Source: Promethearchaeota archaeon (GTDB lineage: Archaea; Asgardarchaeota; Lokiarchaeia; Sigyniarchaeales; SOKP01). Taken from it: a DNA stretch of 64,000 bases. The DNA is taken from positions 1-64,000 of the forward strand of contig JBHLNZ010000005.1 of assembly GCA_048941015.1 (NCBI GenBank), in the 5' to 3' direction. The notes beneath the pieces are model-generated. The model saw nothing but the letters and a program-made list of their open reading frames with translations, made no database searches and was not told the DNA's origin. Shown here in pieces: positions 31,454-42,604 of this stretch. The first letter of the stretch is position 1. Each line of letters opens with the position of its first letter. The position numbers and the translations under genes were made by a program.

Positions 31454-31547
31454 AGCAAACCATCGTCAAAATATAATTTAATAATTATTATTATTTTATT
31501 ATTTCTAATTTAAAAAAAGTAATTGAAAGTTTAGAAAGATTTCTATA

Positions 31548-34421
31548 TCAGTTATGATTTAGATACTTTTTTAGATATTTTCCGGTATACGATTTTTTGT
31601 TTTGAACAATTTCTTCTGGTATCCCTTCTGCAACTATTTCTCCCCCTTTTTCGCCACCTTCAGGCCCAAGATCTATTATATAATCTACAGACTTTACAAT
31701 TTCCATATTATGTTCTATAATGATGACAGTATTTCCTTTATCCACAAGCTTTTGAAGTACTTTCAATAAAAACTGAATATCATACATATGTAAGCCTGTT
31801 GTTGGTTCATCTAAAATGTAAAGGGTGTTTCCGGTACTAGTTTTTCTTAATTCTCTTGCTATTTTAATTCTCTGTGATTCTCCACCACTTAAAGTAGTAG
31901 ATGATTGTCCTAGCTCTAAATATCCTAACCCCACATCAACAACAGTTTTTAATGTACTTTTTAACTTAGGAAAGCTATCAAAAAATTCTAAAGCTTGATG
32001 AAATGTCATTTTTAATATATCTGATATTGATTTTCCACGATATTTGATGTCGAGCGTTTCAGCATTATAACGTTTTCCTTTACATAGATCACATTTAATG
32101 TAAACATCTGGCAAAAAATACATCTCTTTTAAAATATATCCTGTTCCTTTACATTTTTTACAATGTCCTGCTTTAGTATTAAAACTAAATCTTCCTTTTT
32201 TATAGCCTCTTACTCTAGACTCAGGTAAGCCAGCAAATATTTCTCTGATATAATCCAAAGCTTTAGTATAGGTAGAGGGAACAGATCTTGGAGTTCTACC
32301 AATAGGAGATTGATCAATATTTATGATTTTATCTACTTTTTCAAAACCTATTATCTCATCAAAATCTCCCGTGGTTAATCGTGAACTACGAGTATTTATA
32401 ATGTTATGTAATCCTTTATATAAACAGTCAATTATTAAACTAGTTTTTCCAGCACCAGAAACTCCCGTTATACAAGTAAATATTCCTAGAGGGATTTTAA
32501 CATTTAAGTTTTTTAAATTATTTTCTCTAGCTCCTTTTATTTCAATTAAATTATCACTTATTTTTCTTCTAATCTTGGGAAGTTCAATTTTTTTTTTACC
32601 AGATAAAAATTTACCAGTTAAAGTTTTTGATTCTAGAATAACCTCAAGTGGACCCTGAGCGACTATTTTTCCTCCATTTTCTCCCGCTAATGGTCCTAAA
32701 TCGATAATATGATCAGCATTTCTCATAATTTCATCATCATGTTCTACAACGATTACAGTATTACCTAAATCTCTAAGTTTTTTTAACATATCAATAAGTC
32801 GATTTATATCTCTCTGATGTAAACCTACACTAGGTTCATCTAATACATATAAAACACCTACCAAACTCGATCCTAATTGAGTTGCTAATCTTATCCTCTC
32901 AGCTTCTCCCACCGATAAAGTGTGAGATCGACGACTCAGAGTTATATAATCTAAACCAACATTATCCAAAAATGATAATCTAGCGAGAATCTCTTTTAAA
33001 ACATCCTTGACAATAGCTTTTTGAGTATCATTTAAAACTAAATCATTAAAAAATTTTAACGAATCTTTAACAGAGAGATTAGATAAATCCGCAATATTTA
33101 ATCCATTAATTGTTACCGCTAAACTCTCTGGTTTTAATCTTTTGCCTTTACATTGAGGACAATCTATCTGATTCATAAAGCTTTCATATATTTCTCTTGC
33201 CCATTCAGAGCGAGTTTCCATATATCTCCTATGCAACCAAGGGATTATCCCTTCAAATGGTCTTACGACATGCCATGAAGATTTTACTTCACTTTTGGAG
33301 TGATTAAATTCATTATTTTCGCTTTTAAAATGAAATTCAATCGACTCATCCTCAGTCCCGAACAATATTTTATGAAGTTTCTCAGGATCAATGTCCTTTA
33401 ATGAAGTCTTATTCACATTAAATCCGTAATGTTTTGCAACTTGTTCTATAGATTGCCAAGAATACCCATTAGAAGAGCCAAATCCAGGAATATCTCTTAT
33501 AGGCGTATCTTGCAGAGGTATATCTAAATCCTCCCCTAAAATAAGACCATAATCAAATTCCATGACTGTTCCCAAACCACTACAATATTTACAACTTCCA
33601 TGAGGAATATTGAATGAAAACATTTTGTGATCTAAAGCAGGAAAAGATATTCCACAATCGACGCAAGCAAGATGTTCTGAATATATCTGTTCTTCTTTTC
33701 CAACGACTTCGATAATTACAATACCATCTGTTAAATTCAAAGCAGTTTCAATAGAATCTGCCAATCTAGATTTTATTCCATCTTTCATCACTAACCTATC
33801 GACAATTACATTGATGGTATGTTTAACATTTTTTTCCATTGAAATTTCTTCATCAAGAGTGTATTGAATTCCATCAATTTCTACCCTAATATATCCTTGC
33901 TTTTTAAGATCTTGGAGTAGTTCTTTGTATTCTCCTTTTCTATCTCTGATTATAGGTGCTTTAATGATAAATTTTTCAGAATCTCTAATAGATACTAATA
34001 CTTGCTCAATGATTTGTTGAGGAGTTTGAGGTTTAATTTCTTTCCCACAATTGGGACAGTGAGGAATACCAATATTGGCAAATAATAGCCTATAATAATC
34101 ATAAATTTCAGTTACGGTCCCAACGGTACTTCTAGGATTTTTAGATAATGGTTTTTGTTCTATTGCTATAGCAGGTGACAATCCTTCTATAGAGTCTACA
34201 TCTGGTTTATCCATCTCACCAAGAAATTGCCTAGCATAACTCGATAAGGACTCTAAAAATCTTCTTTGGCCTTCGGCATATAAAGTATCCATTGCTAAAC
34301 TTGATTTTCCACTTCCACTTATACCTGTAATTATCACTAATTTATTCCTTGGAATAATAACATCTATGTTTTTTAAATTGTTCTGTCTGGCTCCTTTAAT
34401 AATAATGGAAGTATCGCTCAT
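31548..34421 (-). CDS. uvrA: Excinuclease ABC subunit A
   Basis: GARQNNLK, GISGSGKSS, Zn fingers, second NBD GVSGAGKT / LSGGESQR / LDEPTTGLH. Confidence 0.97.
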   Translation of the reverse strand: MSDTSIIIKGARQNNLKNIDVIIPRNKLVIITGISGSGKSSLAMDTLYAEGQRRFLESLSSYARQFLGEMDKPDVDSIEGLSPAIAIEQKPLSKNPRSTVGTVTEIYDYYRLLFANIGIPHCPNCGKEIKPQTPQQIIEQVLVSIRDSEKFIIKAPIIRDRKGEYKELLQDLKKQGYIRVEIDGIQYTLDEEISMEKNVKHTINVIVDRLVMKDGIKSRLADSIETALNLTDGIVIIEVVGKEEQIYSEHLACVDCGISFPALDHKMFSFNIPHGSCKYCSGLGTVMEFDYGLILGEDLDIPLQDTPIRDIPGFGSSNGYSWQSIEQVAKHYGFNVNKTSLKDIDPEKLHKILFGTEDESIEFHFKSENNEFNHSKSEVKSSWHVVRPFEGIIPWLHRRYMETRSEWAREIYESFMNQIDCPQCKGKRLKPESLAVTINGLNIADLSNLSVKDSLKFFNDLVLNDTQKAIVKDVLKEILARLSFLDNVGLDYITLSRRSHTLSVGEAERIRLATQLGSSLVGVLYVLDEPSVGLHQRDINRLIDMLKKLRDLGNTVIVVEHDDEIMRNADHIIDLGPLAGENGGKIVAQGPLEVILESKTLTGKFLSGKKKIELPKIRRKISDNLIEIKGARENNLKNLNVKIPLGIFTCITGVSGAGKTSLIIDCLYKGLHNIINTRSSRLTTGDFDEIIGFEKVDKIINIDQSPIGRTPRSVPSTYTKALDYIREIFAGLPESRVRGYKKGRFSFNTKAGHCKKCKGTGYILKEMYFLPDVYIKCDLCKGKRYNAETLDIKYRGKSISDILKMTFHQALEFFDSFPKLKSTLKTVVDVGLGYLELGQSSTTLSGGESQRIKIARELRKTSTGNTLYILDEPTTGLHMYDIQFLLKVLQKLVDKGNTVIIIEHNMEIVKSVDYIIDLGPEGGEKGGEIVAEGIPEEIVQNKKSYTGKYLKKYLNHN

Positions 34422-34462
34422 TATGTCCTCATAAATTTTTAATTAATAGTCAAACAAAAAAT

Positions 34463-36469
34463 TCATGCTTTTATTTTATAATCTTCATTGATTTCTTTTA
34501 TTTTGTCCCTTAAATAGGCAGCATCTTCAAATCTTAGTTCTTTTGCTGCTAAGAACATTTTATTTTCAAGATACCCAATAACCACATCTAAATCTCCTTC
34601 TTCCTCTAACTGTTTTATCTTTTCTTTTATTGATTGCTTTAAACGCTTTGCTTCCTTTTCCTTTAGCTCTTTCTCTTCAGAAAGAGATTCTAATATATTC
34701 TTTTTTATAGTTTGCGGTGTTATATTATGTTGCTTGTTATACTCACTCTGCTTTTTCCTTCTTCTATTGGTTTCATCAATTGCTGCTTTCATCGCTGGAG
34801 ATAGTTTTTCAGCATATAATATAGCCCTTCCCTCAACGTTTCTCGAAGCTCTTCCTATTGTTTGAATTAATGATCTGGTGTCTCTTAAGAAGCCGAGCTT
34901 ATCAGCGTCTAAAATCGCTACTAATTTTACTTCTGGTAAATCTAACCCTTCCCTTAATAGATTTATTCCAACAACTGCATCAAACGTACCATCTCTAAGT
35001 TGTCTTAAGATATCAAACCGTTCAACGGTATCTACTTCTGAATGTAGGTAAGCAATTTTTATTCCTAACTCTGAATAATATTCAGCGATATCTTCGGACA
35101 TTCGCTTAGTTAAAGTTGTTATCAGAGCTCTTCCTTTATTCTTAATAACATTTCGAAGTTCATTTAATAAATCATCAATTTGATTTTTAGCAGATCTGAC
35201 CTCAACTTGAGGATCCACTAAGCCTGTAGGCCGTATAATCTGTTCTGCTGAAATACCTCTACTTTTTTTAAGCTCATAATCTCCAGGTGTAGCACTCATG
35301 AAGATAATATACTTTATTTTGCTTTCCCATTCTTCAAATGTAAGAGGTCGATTATCAAAAGCACTGGGTAATCGCCAACCATATTCAACAAGATTTTGTT
35401 TTCGCGAGCGATCACCACCAATCATTCCATGAATTTGAGGGATTGTAATGTGAGATTCATCCACAACGACTAAAAAATCATCTGGAAAATAATCAATTAG
35501 ACACATAGGGGGGGTTCCAGGAAGGCGACCATCTAAATGCCTTGAATAATTTTCAATTCCTTTGCACCATCCCATCTCCCTCATCATTTCTAAATCAAAT
35601 TTAACTCTTTTTTCTATCCATTCAGCTTCAGGATATCGCTTTTTATCCAAAAAATATTTGATTCGCTCTTCCAATTCAAGTTCAATCGATTCTAATGCTT
35701 TTATTTTATTTTCTTCAGGAATAATAAAATGTGTTGCGGGAAAAATTCTACAATTTGTTAAATCTTTTATTACTTCATGAGATATAGGATGGATTTCTTG
35801 AATGGTCTCAATTTCATCTCCAAAAAGTGATACACGAATTGCTGTGTCGAGATATGCTGGAAATATATCAATAAGATCACCCCGAACTCTTAAGACTCCC
35901 GGTTTAAATTCAATGTCTTTTCGTTCATAATTCATCCTTATCAAACCTTTAATAATATCAGAACGTTTTATAGATTGTCCGATCTCGAGGTTAACTGAAA
36001 CTGCGGTCCAAACCTCAGGATCTCCTATTCCATATATGCATGAAACCGTAGCAACGATTATTACATCCTTTCGAGTTCTAATTGCATGAGTTGCTGCTAA
36101 TCGTAACCTTTCGATTTCTTCATTAACACTAAAATCTTTCTCTATATACATACCAGTAACAGGCATAAATGCTTCAGGTTGGTAATAATCATAATAACTA
36201 ACGAAATAATGAACTGCATTCTCAGGAAATAATTCTTTAAGTTCATTATATAATTGAGCCGCTAGTGTTTTATTAGGAGCCATAATAAGAGTGGGTTTTT
36301 GTATCTCTTCAATAATGTTAGCAATAGTAAAGGTTTTACCTGTTCCAGTAGCCCCTAATAATGTTTGAAATTTCTTTCCATTCTCAATTCCATCTTTAAG
36401 GGCTGAAATCGCAATTGGCTGGTCTCCCGCAGGGGAAAATTCTGTTTTAATTTTGAAATTTGAACTCAT
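34463..36469 (-). CDS. uvrB: Excinuclease ABC subunit B
   Basis: GATGTGKT, YYDYYQPEA, DESH, INLLREGLD and C-terminal UVR motif. Confidence 0.98.
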   Translation of the reverse strand: MSSNFKIKTEFSPAGDQPIAISALKDGIENGKKFQTLLGATGTGKTFTIANIIEEIQKPTLIMAPNKTLAAQLYNELKELFPENAVHYFVSYYDYYQPEAFMPVTGMYIEKDFSVNEEIERLRLAATHAIRTRKDVIIVATVSCIYGIGDPEVWTAVSVNLEIGQSIKRSDIIKGLIRMNYERKDIEFKPGVLRVRGDLIDIFPAYLDTAIRVSLFGDEIETIQEIHPISHEVIKDLTNCRIFPATHFIIPEENKIKALESIELELEERIKYFLDKKRYPEAEWIEKRVKFDLEMMREMGWCKGIENYSRHLDGRLPGTPPMCLIDYFPDDFLVVVDESHITIPQIHGMIGGDRSRKQNLVEYGWRLPSAFDNRPLTFEEWESKIKYIIFMSATPGDYELKKSRGISAEQIIRPTGLVDPQVEVRSAKNQIDDLLNELRNVIKNKGRALITTLTKRMSEDIAEYYSELGIKIAYLHSEVDTVERFDILRQLRDGTFDAVVGINLLREGLDLPEVKLVAILDADKLGFLRDTRSLIQTIGRASRNVEGRAILYAEKLSPAMKAAIDETNRRRKKQSEYNKQHNITPQTIKKNILESLSEEKELKEKEAKRLKQSIKEKIKQLEEEGDLDVVIGYLENKMFLAAKELRFEDAAYLRDKIKEINEDYKIKA

Positions 36470-36522
36470 AAGGATTGATCTTTAACTAATTAAAGCTATT
36501 AATATTTAAATAAAATACAATA

Positions 36523-36541
36523 TATAGACCGTAAGTCTATA
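36523..36541. promoter_or_regulatory. Inverted repeat TATAGAC-N5-GTCTATA upstream of uvrBA
   Basis: Perfect 7-bp arms, 54-72 nt upstream of the uvrB start, in the aglB-uvrB gap. Confidence 0.4.
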
Positions 36542-36604
36542 GATATTCTAATAAACCATAATTTATGATTTTAATGGTTTTTAAATAAAAATAAATTTAT
36601 TTTT

Positions 36605-39600
36605 TTATACAACAGTTTCTTGATGTATATCTTCGGCTCCTTCTTCAGTTCGAACCAAAATTTCTAGTTTATTTTCAGCAACTATACTTAAACCAAGGAA
36701 TACTTCAAGATCTGTAAGAGAAATCGAAATTGTAATATATCCAATAGAATTCTGAAGTTCATATAAATTTCCAGTTATTATTGAGTAATTTGCTCCATCT
36801 TCAAAGGTAAAATTCGCTAAAGGAATATATGTATCATTGATATAGACTGAATTTACAGTTAAATTTAGTAACCCATTATTAGTCATATTAACCTCGAATT
36901 TATCCAGAAAAATATCTGCATAGGTTGCTGAATCATCAATATTAATATTATAATATGTCGTATCAACAGTAGCAGTAAGATTTGCTGTGGCTTGTGCTGA
37001 TGAATTTGTAGTTACTCGAATATCTACTTGATCAGAGACATTTATTGGGAAGCTTGTAATATTAAATGAGATGAGTGCGGATTCTTGAACTGCTAATGAA
37101 AGATCTCCATATAAAAATTCGGTTTCAGTATCAATAGGAATCGTAATGGTCTCATTTATTATAATTTCATCTAATTCAATTGTCTGATCTCCAGTATTTT
37201 TTATTAATAATGTACCAGTCTCATTTGCTCTTATCATTGAAACTGTAGATCCTTCTATATCTTCAATTATTTGAATATCTGATTGATCACGTATGGTATG
37301 AACATATCCTACATCCGCTGTTTTAGTAGGGCCATCAAATGAAGCAGATACAATTACTCCAATTTCATCATTCACATCAAATTCAAAATAATCCGAAGCT
37401 ACAACCGTAATATTCAATTCTTCCTCAGTATCAATATAAGGTTGATCATATTCAAAACTTACAGAAGTCCAATTTGAACTAGCTTGTTTTAAATATACGG
37501 AATCCATACCAAGGAGAATAGTTCCAGTATTTTTAACTCTTATGTTAAGAATCGTAGTTCCATTATCGTATGTATATGCATATGTCTCATTTAAGTAAAT
37601 TGGGATATGCTTTCTAAAATAACCTGTGCCTGAAGCAAAAGCCTCTGGAGAAAGGATCCGTCTTTCATTTAAAATTGTCAATTCAAAATTCTCATAACTT
37701 GAACAAAGTAGAATTTCATCTTTTATACCATTTGGAGTTATTACCCCTATTTTATGACTTGGCACAGGAGAATTTGCAGGATTAAAATCTACTATTGAAT
37801 TGGGTAAGTGAACCAATGCTTTCTCTCCCGGTTGCAATATTGAAGAACCACTTAAATATTCTTCAGTTGGAAATACATTATCTTCTGTATTAGCATAAAA
37901 ATCATCTAATATAGCAACGTTTTCTCCGACATTTTCGACCTCAAGGTACACATCTGCGGTTGTAGAATTAATTTGTTCTACCCAGCTATTCTCTTTATTT
38001 ATTTGAATTTTACTAAGAGAGCCTTCTTTTACGAAGAAATTGCTTGTCTGATTTGTAAAAGAATAAACCGAATCCGCTAATCCTTCTGCTGCAGCTTCAA
38101 CAGTGATTTGCGCAATATCATTCTTATTAAAAGTACTACCCTCTGTATCTACCCATACTAAATCTTCTTCACTTGCATTTAAAATATTAGTACCGATACC
38201 TTTTCCTAAGGAAAAATCAAAACTTTGACCATTAATTTGAACATCTGTTATAACTAAAGTTTTTGTCCCTGTATTTCTTAACTTAAAAGTTGCATATCCG
38301 TTATCGAAAACTTCTGGTTCGAGAATGCTAAAGCTCGATTCTAATACTGTATAATCTACTTTATAAAGTTTAACCATACCTAAATTAGAGAAGTAAGCTT
38401 TTTGAAATACATTAAAATCATATTCTCCATTGGGGGCTATTGAAGTTGACCAGAGATTTCCATCAGCATCTGTTCTAGTATTAATCTGCTGTTGGTAATA
38501 TTGTCCAAAAGTTTGAGCATTCCCCTCAAATGGCGCCGTAGGCAATTCATAGAACATTAACTTTACTAATTGACTATCAAACCATTTCTTTTCTGGAGCT
38601 TGTACTTCAGGATTATCATTATAGTATTCACTCTCATCAAAAACGGAATTGTCTGCCCAATTATCTTCTTCAAGTCCCAATGATTTGTAAAATTGATAAT
38701 TATCATTACAAATTCTAATCATCCACGGCCATTTTCCCTCATCACCACCTAATCCATTAATTAAATACCCGAAAAACACTAACACATAATCAGCTCCTAA
38801 ATGCCGTAATATTTTTGCGCTATAAATCTCATTAGTTTGCATAAGTGCCATACCAGTTAAACCAATCCTTGTTTGATTTACCGTTGCATTATCATTTACA
38901 GTTGTCATATTTCCTATTGGAGTAATCCAGTATCCATAATCCCACCAGCTCACAACAACGGTATCTCCAGGTAGATTTGTTTTCATCCATGTTAAGGTTT
39001 CTTCCCAGTCATGGTAAACTCCTCCAGGAGCAATTTGGCTTGCAGATAATTGCGTGATTGATACGTTAGTTGAATACATAACCTGCGCCATGCACATAAT
39101 TCCTACAATAACATAAACTGCGGCTATCTCCGATTTTCCAACCATTCTCTTTAATTGTCGCTTTCTTTTCCTACTCATACTAGTTCTTTTCTCTCCGTAG
39201 AAGCTTCCAAATATCTTTAAAACATTTACAAGGCCATATGCTCCTATTAATGATGCTGCTGGAGCAAATAATAGAATAATACGAATCATACTACTTGTAA
39301 AATAAAAGATTAGTAGGATGAACACGATTAGAAATATGTCAGCGATATCTGATCTTTTAAAAGCGAAAAAAATTCCAAGTGGTAGAAGCATTAAGGGAAT
39401 TAAAGTATTATAGTAAAATACACTCCAAGGACTAGGCATATGTTCAGCGACAGAAGCAACTAAATGCATTTGGTCACGAAGCAATGGGCTAAGAATACTT
39501 TGTATACGAGTGCCAAAACCAAAGGGAATAATGTTTGGAGCCACCCAGATAATAATAGCACCAACGATAATTACTGGAATTAAGCCCCATTTTAGAAGAT

Positions 39601-40522
39601 TAATGATGGTATTATATAATTTAGGATAATTTGTTTTGTTAGTATAAATTAAATGAAAAATTATAAGTAGTATCATAAAAATAAAGATCCCACCAACATC
39701 TAAACTTCTAAATAAATGACCATAATCAAAAGTAGAATAGACCGAAAAGATTAACAATCCAACGCCAGTGACGCCAGAATAAGCGATCAAAACGTTAGTT
39801 TCGTATTTATTAGCAAGAATTAAAATTCCAACAATTAAAGGTAAAATTAGAAATACAAAATCATACCCCCCCCAACTTAGTGCCAAATATCCGAGGAATA
39901 AACCTCCTAGGAGAGAATGAACAATTCTACCCGACTTTATCGTCTTTATAAAAAAATAGAAAGTCATAAGTGTGGCAAATACTCCTATTGTTTCATTATC
40001 AAAAAATCCAGCCGTAGTACGCTGCATAAATCCAACATTAAAAGCCATAAAAAATGCTGCAAATAGTCCGCATTTTCGATCTAGAACCTCCTTACCGAGT
40101 AGATATGCTGCAAATACGGTTAGTCCTCCCATAAATGCAGGAAAATAGAAACACACGTCATATAATGAAACGTTAATACCAAGAAAATTAAATGCTTGGA
40201 ATATAAATACTACAGTAAATGTAAGGCCGGGACGTAAACTTGATCTATCGAATCCTTCTGGAAACCAGCTTTTAAAGTCATGCCAATTAAAATATTCAAA
40301 TAATGAATGTTCCGAGAGATAATTTGCATTATAATATTGAATCCAGGGATCAAATGCTTTAATTAAATAATTTCCATCTACGACAGGCGAAAGTCGAATC
40401 ATAATAGCTACAATTATAACTATAGCTAACGCTAGAAACAGTAAAATATTACTTTTTTTTACGGTTAAACTTGCTTGAGTTCTATCACGGAAATTTCTAA
40501 GAGAACGAATAATTTTTGACAT
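36605..40522 (-). CDS. aglB: Oligosaccharyltransferase AglB/STT3 with long C-terminal Ig-like repeat extension
   Basis: FDPW, GFFDNE, SVAEH, SWWDYG, DNAT and DEGKWPWMIRI. Confidence 0.93.
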   Translation of the reverse strand: MSKIIRSLRNFRDRTQASLTVKKSNILLFLALAIVIIVAIMIRLSPVVDGNYLIKAFDPWIQYYNANYLSEHSLFEYFNWHDFKSWFPEGFDRSSLRPGLTFTVVFIFQAFNFLGINVSLYDVCFYFPAFMGGLTVFAAYLLGKEVLDRKCGLFAAFFMAFNVGFMQRTTAGFFDNETIGVFATLMTFYFFIKTIKSGRIVHSLLGGLFLGYLALSWGGYDFVFLILPLIVGILILANKYETNVLIAYSGVTGVGLLIFSVYSTFDYGHLFRSLDVGGIFIFMILLIIFHLIYTNKTNYPKLYNTIINLLKWGLIPVIIVGAIIIWVAPNIIPFGFGTRIQSILSPLLRDQMHLVASVAEHMPSPWSVFYYNTLIPLMLLPLGIFFAFKRSDIADIFLIVFILLIFYFTSSMIRIILLFAPAASLIGAYGLVNVLKIFGSFYGEKRTSMSRKRKRQLKRMVGKSEIAAVYVIVGIMCMAQVMYSTNVSITQLSASQIAPGGVYHDWEETLTWMKTNLPGDTVVVSWWDYGYWITPIGNMTTVNDNATVNQTRIGLTGMALMQTNEIYSAKILRHLGADYVLVFFGYLINGLGGDEGKWPWMIRICNDNYQFYKSLGLEEDNWADNSVFDESEYYNDNPEVQAPEKKWFDSQLVKLMFYELPTAPFEGNAQTFGQYYQQQINTRTDADGNLWSTSIAPNGEYDFNVFQKAYFSNLGMVKLYKVDYTVLESSFSILEPEVFDNGYATFKLRNTGTKTLVITDVQINGQSFDFSLGKGIGTNILNASEEDLVWVDTEGSTFNKNDIAQITVEAAAEGLADSVYSFTNQTSNFFVKEGSLSKIQINKENSWVEQINSTTADVYLEVENVGENVAILDDFYANTEDNVFPTEEYLSGSSILQPGEKALVHLPNSIVDFNPANSPVPSHKIGVITPNGIKDEILLCSSYENFELTILNERRILSPEAFASGTGYFRKHIPIYLNETYAYTYDNGTTILNIRVKNTGTILLGMDSVYLKQASSNWTSVSFEYDQPYIDTEEELNITVVASDYFEFDVNDEIGVIVSASFDGPTKTADVGYVHTIRDQSDIQIIEDIEGSTVSMIRANETGTLLIKNTGDQTIELDEIIINETITIPIDTETEFLYGDLSLAVQESALISFNITSFPINVSDQVDIRVTTNSSAQATANLTATVDTTYYNINIDDSATYADIFLDKFEVNMTNNGLLNLTVNSVYINDTYIPLANFTFEDGANYSIITGNLYELQNSIGYITISISLTDLEVFLGLSIVAENKLEILVRTEEGAEDIHQETVV

Positions 40523-40713
40523 TATTTTTTTTTATTTAGATTTTTTAAATTTAAAATAATCACTAAAATTTAGATTATAAAAAAATTCCTTTTCATTAAA
40601 AGATTATTTTTTAATATACTAAATGGTCTTGATATTATAACAAAAGAATATTTTGTAATTCTATTATAGAATTTTAAAGCGAGAATGGATTTTTTTTTTG
40701 GTGAAAAATTTGG

Positions 40714-41541
40714 ATGGAAATTGCTAGATATTTATTTAAATTTTATTATATTGGTACAAAGAAGTTTTATGGTTCACAAAGACAACCTAATAAGCTTACA
40801 ATTGAAGATTGTTTAATAGAAACACTCTTAAAAGGAAAATATGTTAAAAAATTGGAAGATTCAGGGTTTGAAGTGGCGAGTAGAACTGATAGATTTGTAT
40901 CCGCTCGAGGTGCTACTTTTTCGGTAAAAATTAATAAGAAACCGATTCTTATGGAGTTAAATTCGTTTTTACCTAAAGAAATTGGATTATGGGCATACAC
41001 TAAAGTCCCCTTAAATTTTTTATCAAGATTTAATGCTGAATATCGTCACTATAAGTACTTTATGCCTATTGACAAAAATTTGAATTTAAAACTCATCAAA
41101 AAAGCTTGTAAAGAATTGGAGGGGCGACATGATTTCAAAAATTTTTCCAAACGTGAGAATGAAGTAATAAACACAATTAGGGATATGATCTCAGTAGATC
41201 TTGAGATCAGAAATGATCATATTATTTTTGATTTTAAAAGTAAAGCATTCTTAAGGCAACAAATTAGACGTATAGTAGCGAAATTAATCGAATTAGGAAA
41301 GAGAAAAATTACTTATGCTGAATTTAGAAATTTATTTGATACCAATGATTATAATTCTTATCAACCGGCTGATCCAATTGGATTAATTCTATGGGACATT
41401 GTTTATAGAAAAGATATTGAATTTGTATATGATACTAAATCTTTAGAAAGAATGAAAAATGTATTTATTAAATTAGAACAAGATTCAAATCAAAAACGTT
41501 TATTATTTAAGATCTTGCAGCGCAACAATGTTAGCTATTAA
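40714..41541 (+). CDS. truA: tRNA pseudouridine(38-40) synthase
   Basis: FYGSQRQP, ASRTDRFVSA, GRHDFKNF and AFLRQQIRRIV. Confidence 0.92.
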   Translation: MEIARYLFKFYYIGTKKFYGSQRQPNKLTIEDCLIETLLKGKYVKKLEDSGFEVASRTDRFVSARGATFSVKINKKPILMELNSFLPKEIGLWAYTKVPLNFLSRFNAEYRHYKYFMPIDKNLNLKLIKKACKELEGRHDFKNFSKRENEVINTIRDMISVDLEIRNDHIIFDFKSKAFLRQQIRRIVAKLIELGKRKITYAEFRNLFDTNDYNSYQPADPIGLILWDIVYRKDIEFVYDTKSLERMKNVFIKLEQDSNQKRLLFKILQRNNVSY

Positions 41542-42480
41542 TGCCTGTAATTGAATTTCTTCTGTACCTCCTTGACTTAGACGATATTCAAATTCTGCTA
41601 GTAGCTTTGAAAGATCAATTTTTAAATCTTCTGAAATATTAAGGCTATAAATCTCTCTATGCAGATTTTTTATGATATTAATCCCAGAAAGTCCATATTC
41701 GTTATTAACATCATTTAGAAGTTTTATTGAGAATTTTAATTTTCCTTCTAATGCAGTCTGTAGTATTTCTTTAATTTTTTCGGAAGGTACCTCACCTGCA
41801 ACCCGAAATACAAGATCTTGGTCAATATTTGAAGAGATAGTACCACAAGATTGTAAATAGTTTATAGCCCTTCTGCAATCTCCCCTTGAAACATTAACAA
41901 GTCCATTTAAACCATCTGGTTTAATAGAGATATTTTCTTCTTTAGCTACGTATTTTATTCTTTGTTTAATATCATCATTACTCAAAGGTGAGAATCTAAA
42001 AACGACACATCTTGATTGAATTGGTGGAATAATTTTATTAGAATAATTGCATATTAAAATCATTCGACAATTTTTTGTATACTTTTCCATAGTTCTTCTT
42101 AGAGCCTGTTGAGCTGGTGCTGTCATATTATCTGCTTCATCCAAAATTAAGATTTTAAAAGGAATATCGGTTGGAGGTTTAGCTTTAGCAAAATCTTTTA
42201 TAAATGTTCTTATAACATCTATTCCTCTCGCGTCACTTGCATTCAATTCCAAATATGTAGAATTTGGGGCCATTTTTTTTCCATATAATTCTCTTACCAT
42301 TGCTAAAGCAGAAGTAGTTTTCCCTGTACCTGCAGGACCAGCGAAAATAAGATGTGGCATAGATTTATCCTTAATGAATTGCTTTAAACGTTGAATAATT
42401 GCTTTTTGGTTAACTATATCATCTAATATTCTGGGACGATATTTTTCTACCCACGGTCTATTATCTAAAGACATATCCAA
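41503..42480 (-). CDS. rfcS: Replication factor C small subunit
   Basis: WVEKYRP, GPAGTGKT, LNASDARG, DEAD and SRC; 3' end overlaps truA by 39 nt. Confidence 0.97.
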   Translation of the reverse strand: MDMSLDNRPWVEKYRPRILDDIVNQKAIIQRLKQFIKDKSMPHLIFAGPAGTGKTTSALAMVRELYGKKMAPNSTYLELNASDARGIDVIRTFIKDFAKAKPPTDIPFKILILDEADNMTAPAQQALRRTMEKYTKNCRMILICNYSNKIIPPIQSRCVVFRFSPLSNDDIKQRIKYVAKEENISIKPDGLNGLVNVSRGDCRRAINYLQSCGTISSNIDQDLVFRVAGEVPSEKIKEILQTALEGKLKFSIKLLNDVNNEYGLSGINIIKNLHREIYSLNISEDLKIDLSKLLAEFEYRLSQGGTEEIQLQALIANIVALQDLK

Positions 42481-42604
42481 CTTAAAATTTTCAGATTATA
42501 TAATAATATATAAGAAGTACTATTAAGAATTAAAATTTCATTTTTCTTTATTAATAAATAATTGTTAGTAAACAATTATATAAAAAGAAACAGATTAGAA
42601 AATT

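Noticed and set aside
41503-41541. 39-nt convergent overlap of truA and rfcS
   Set aside because: Short tail-to-tail overlaps are common in compact AT-rich genomes.
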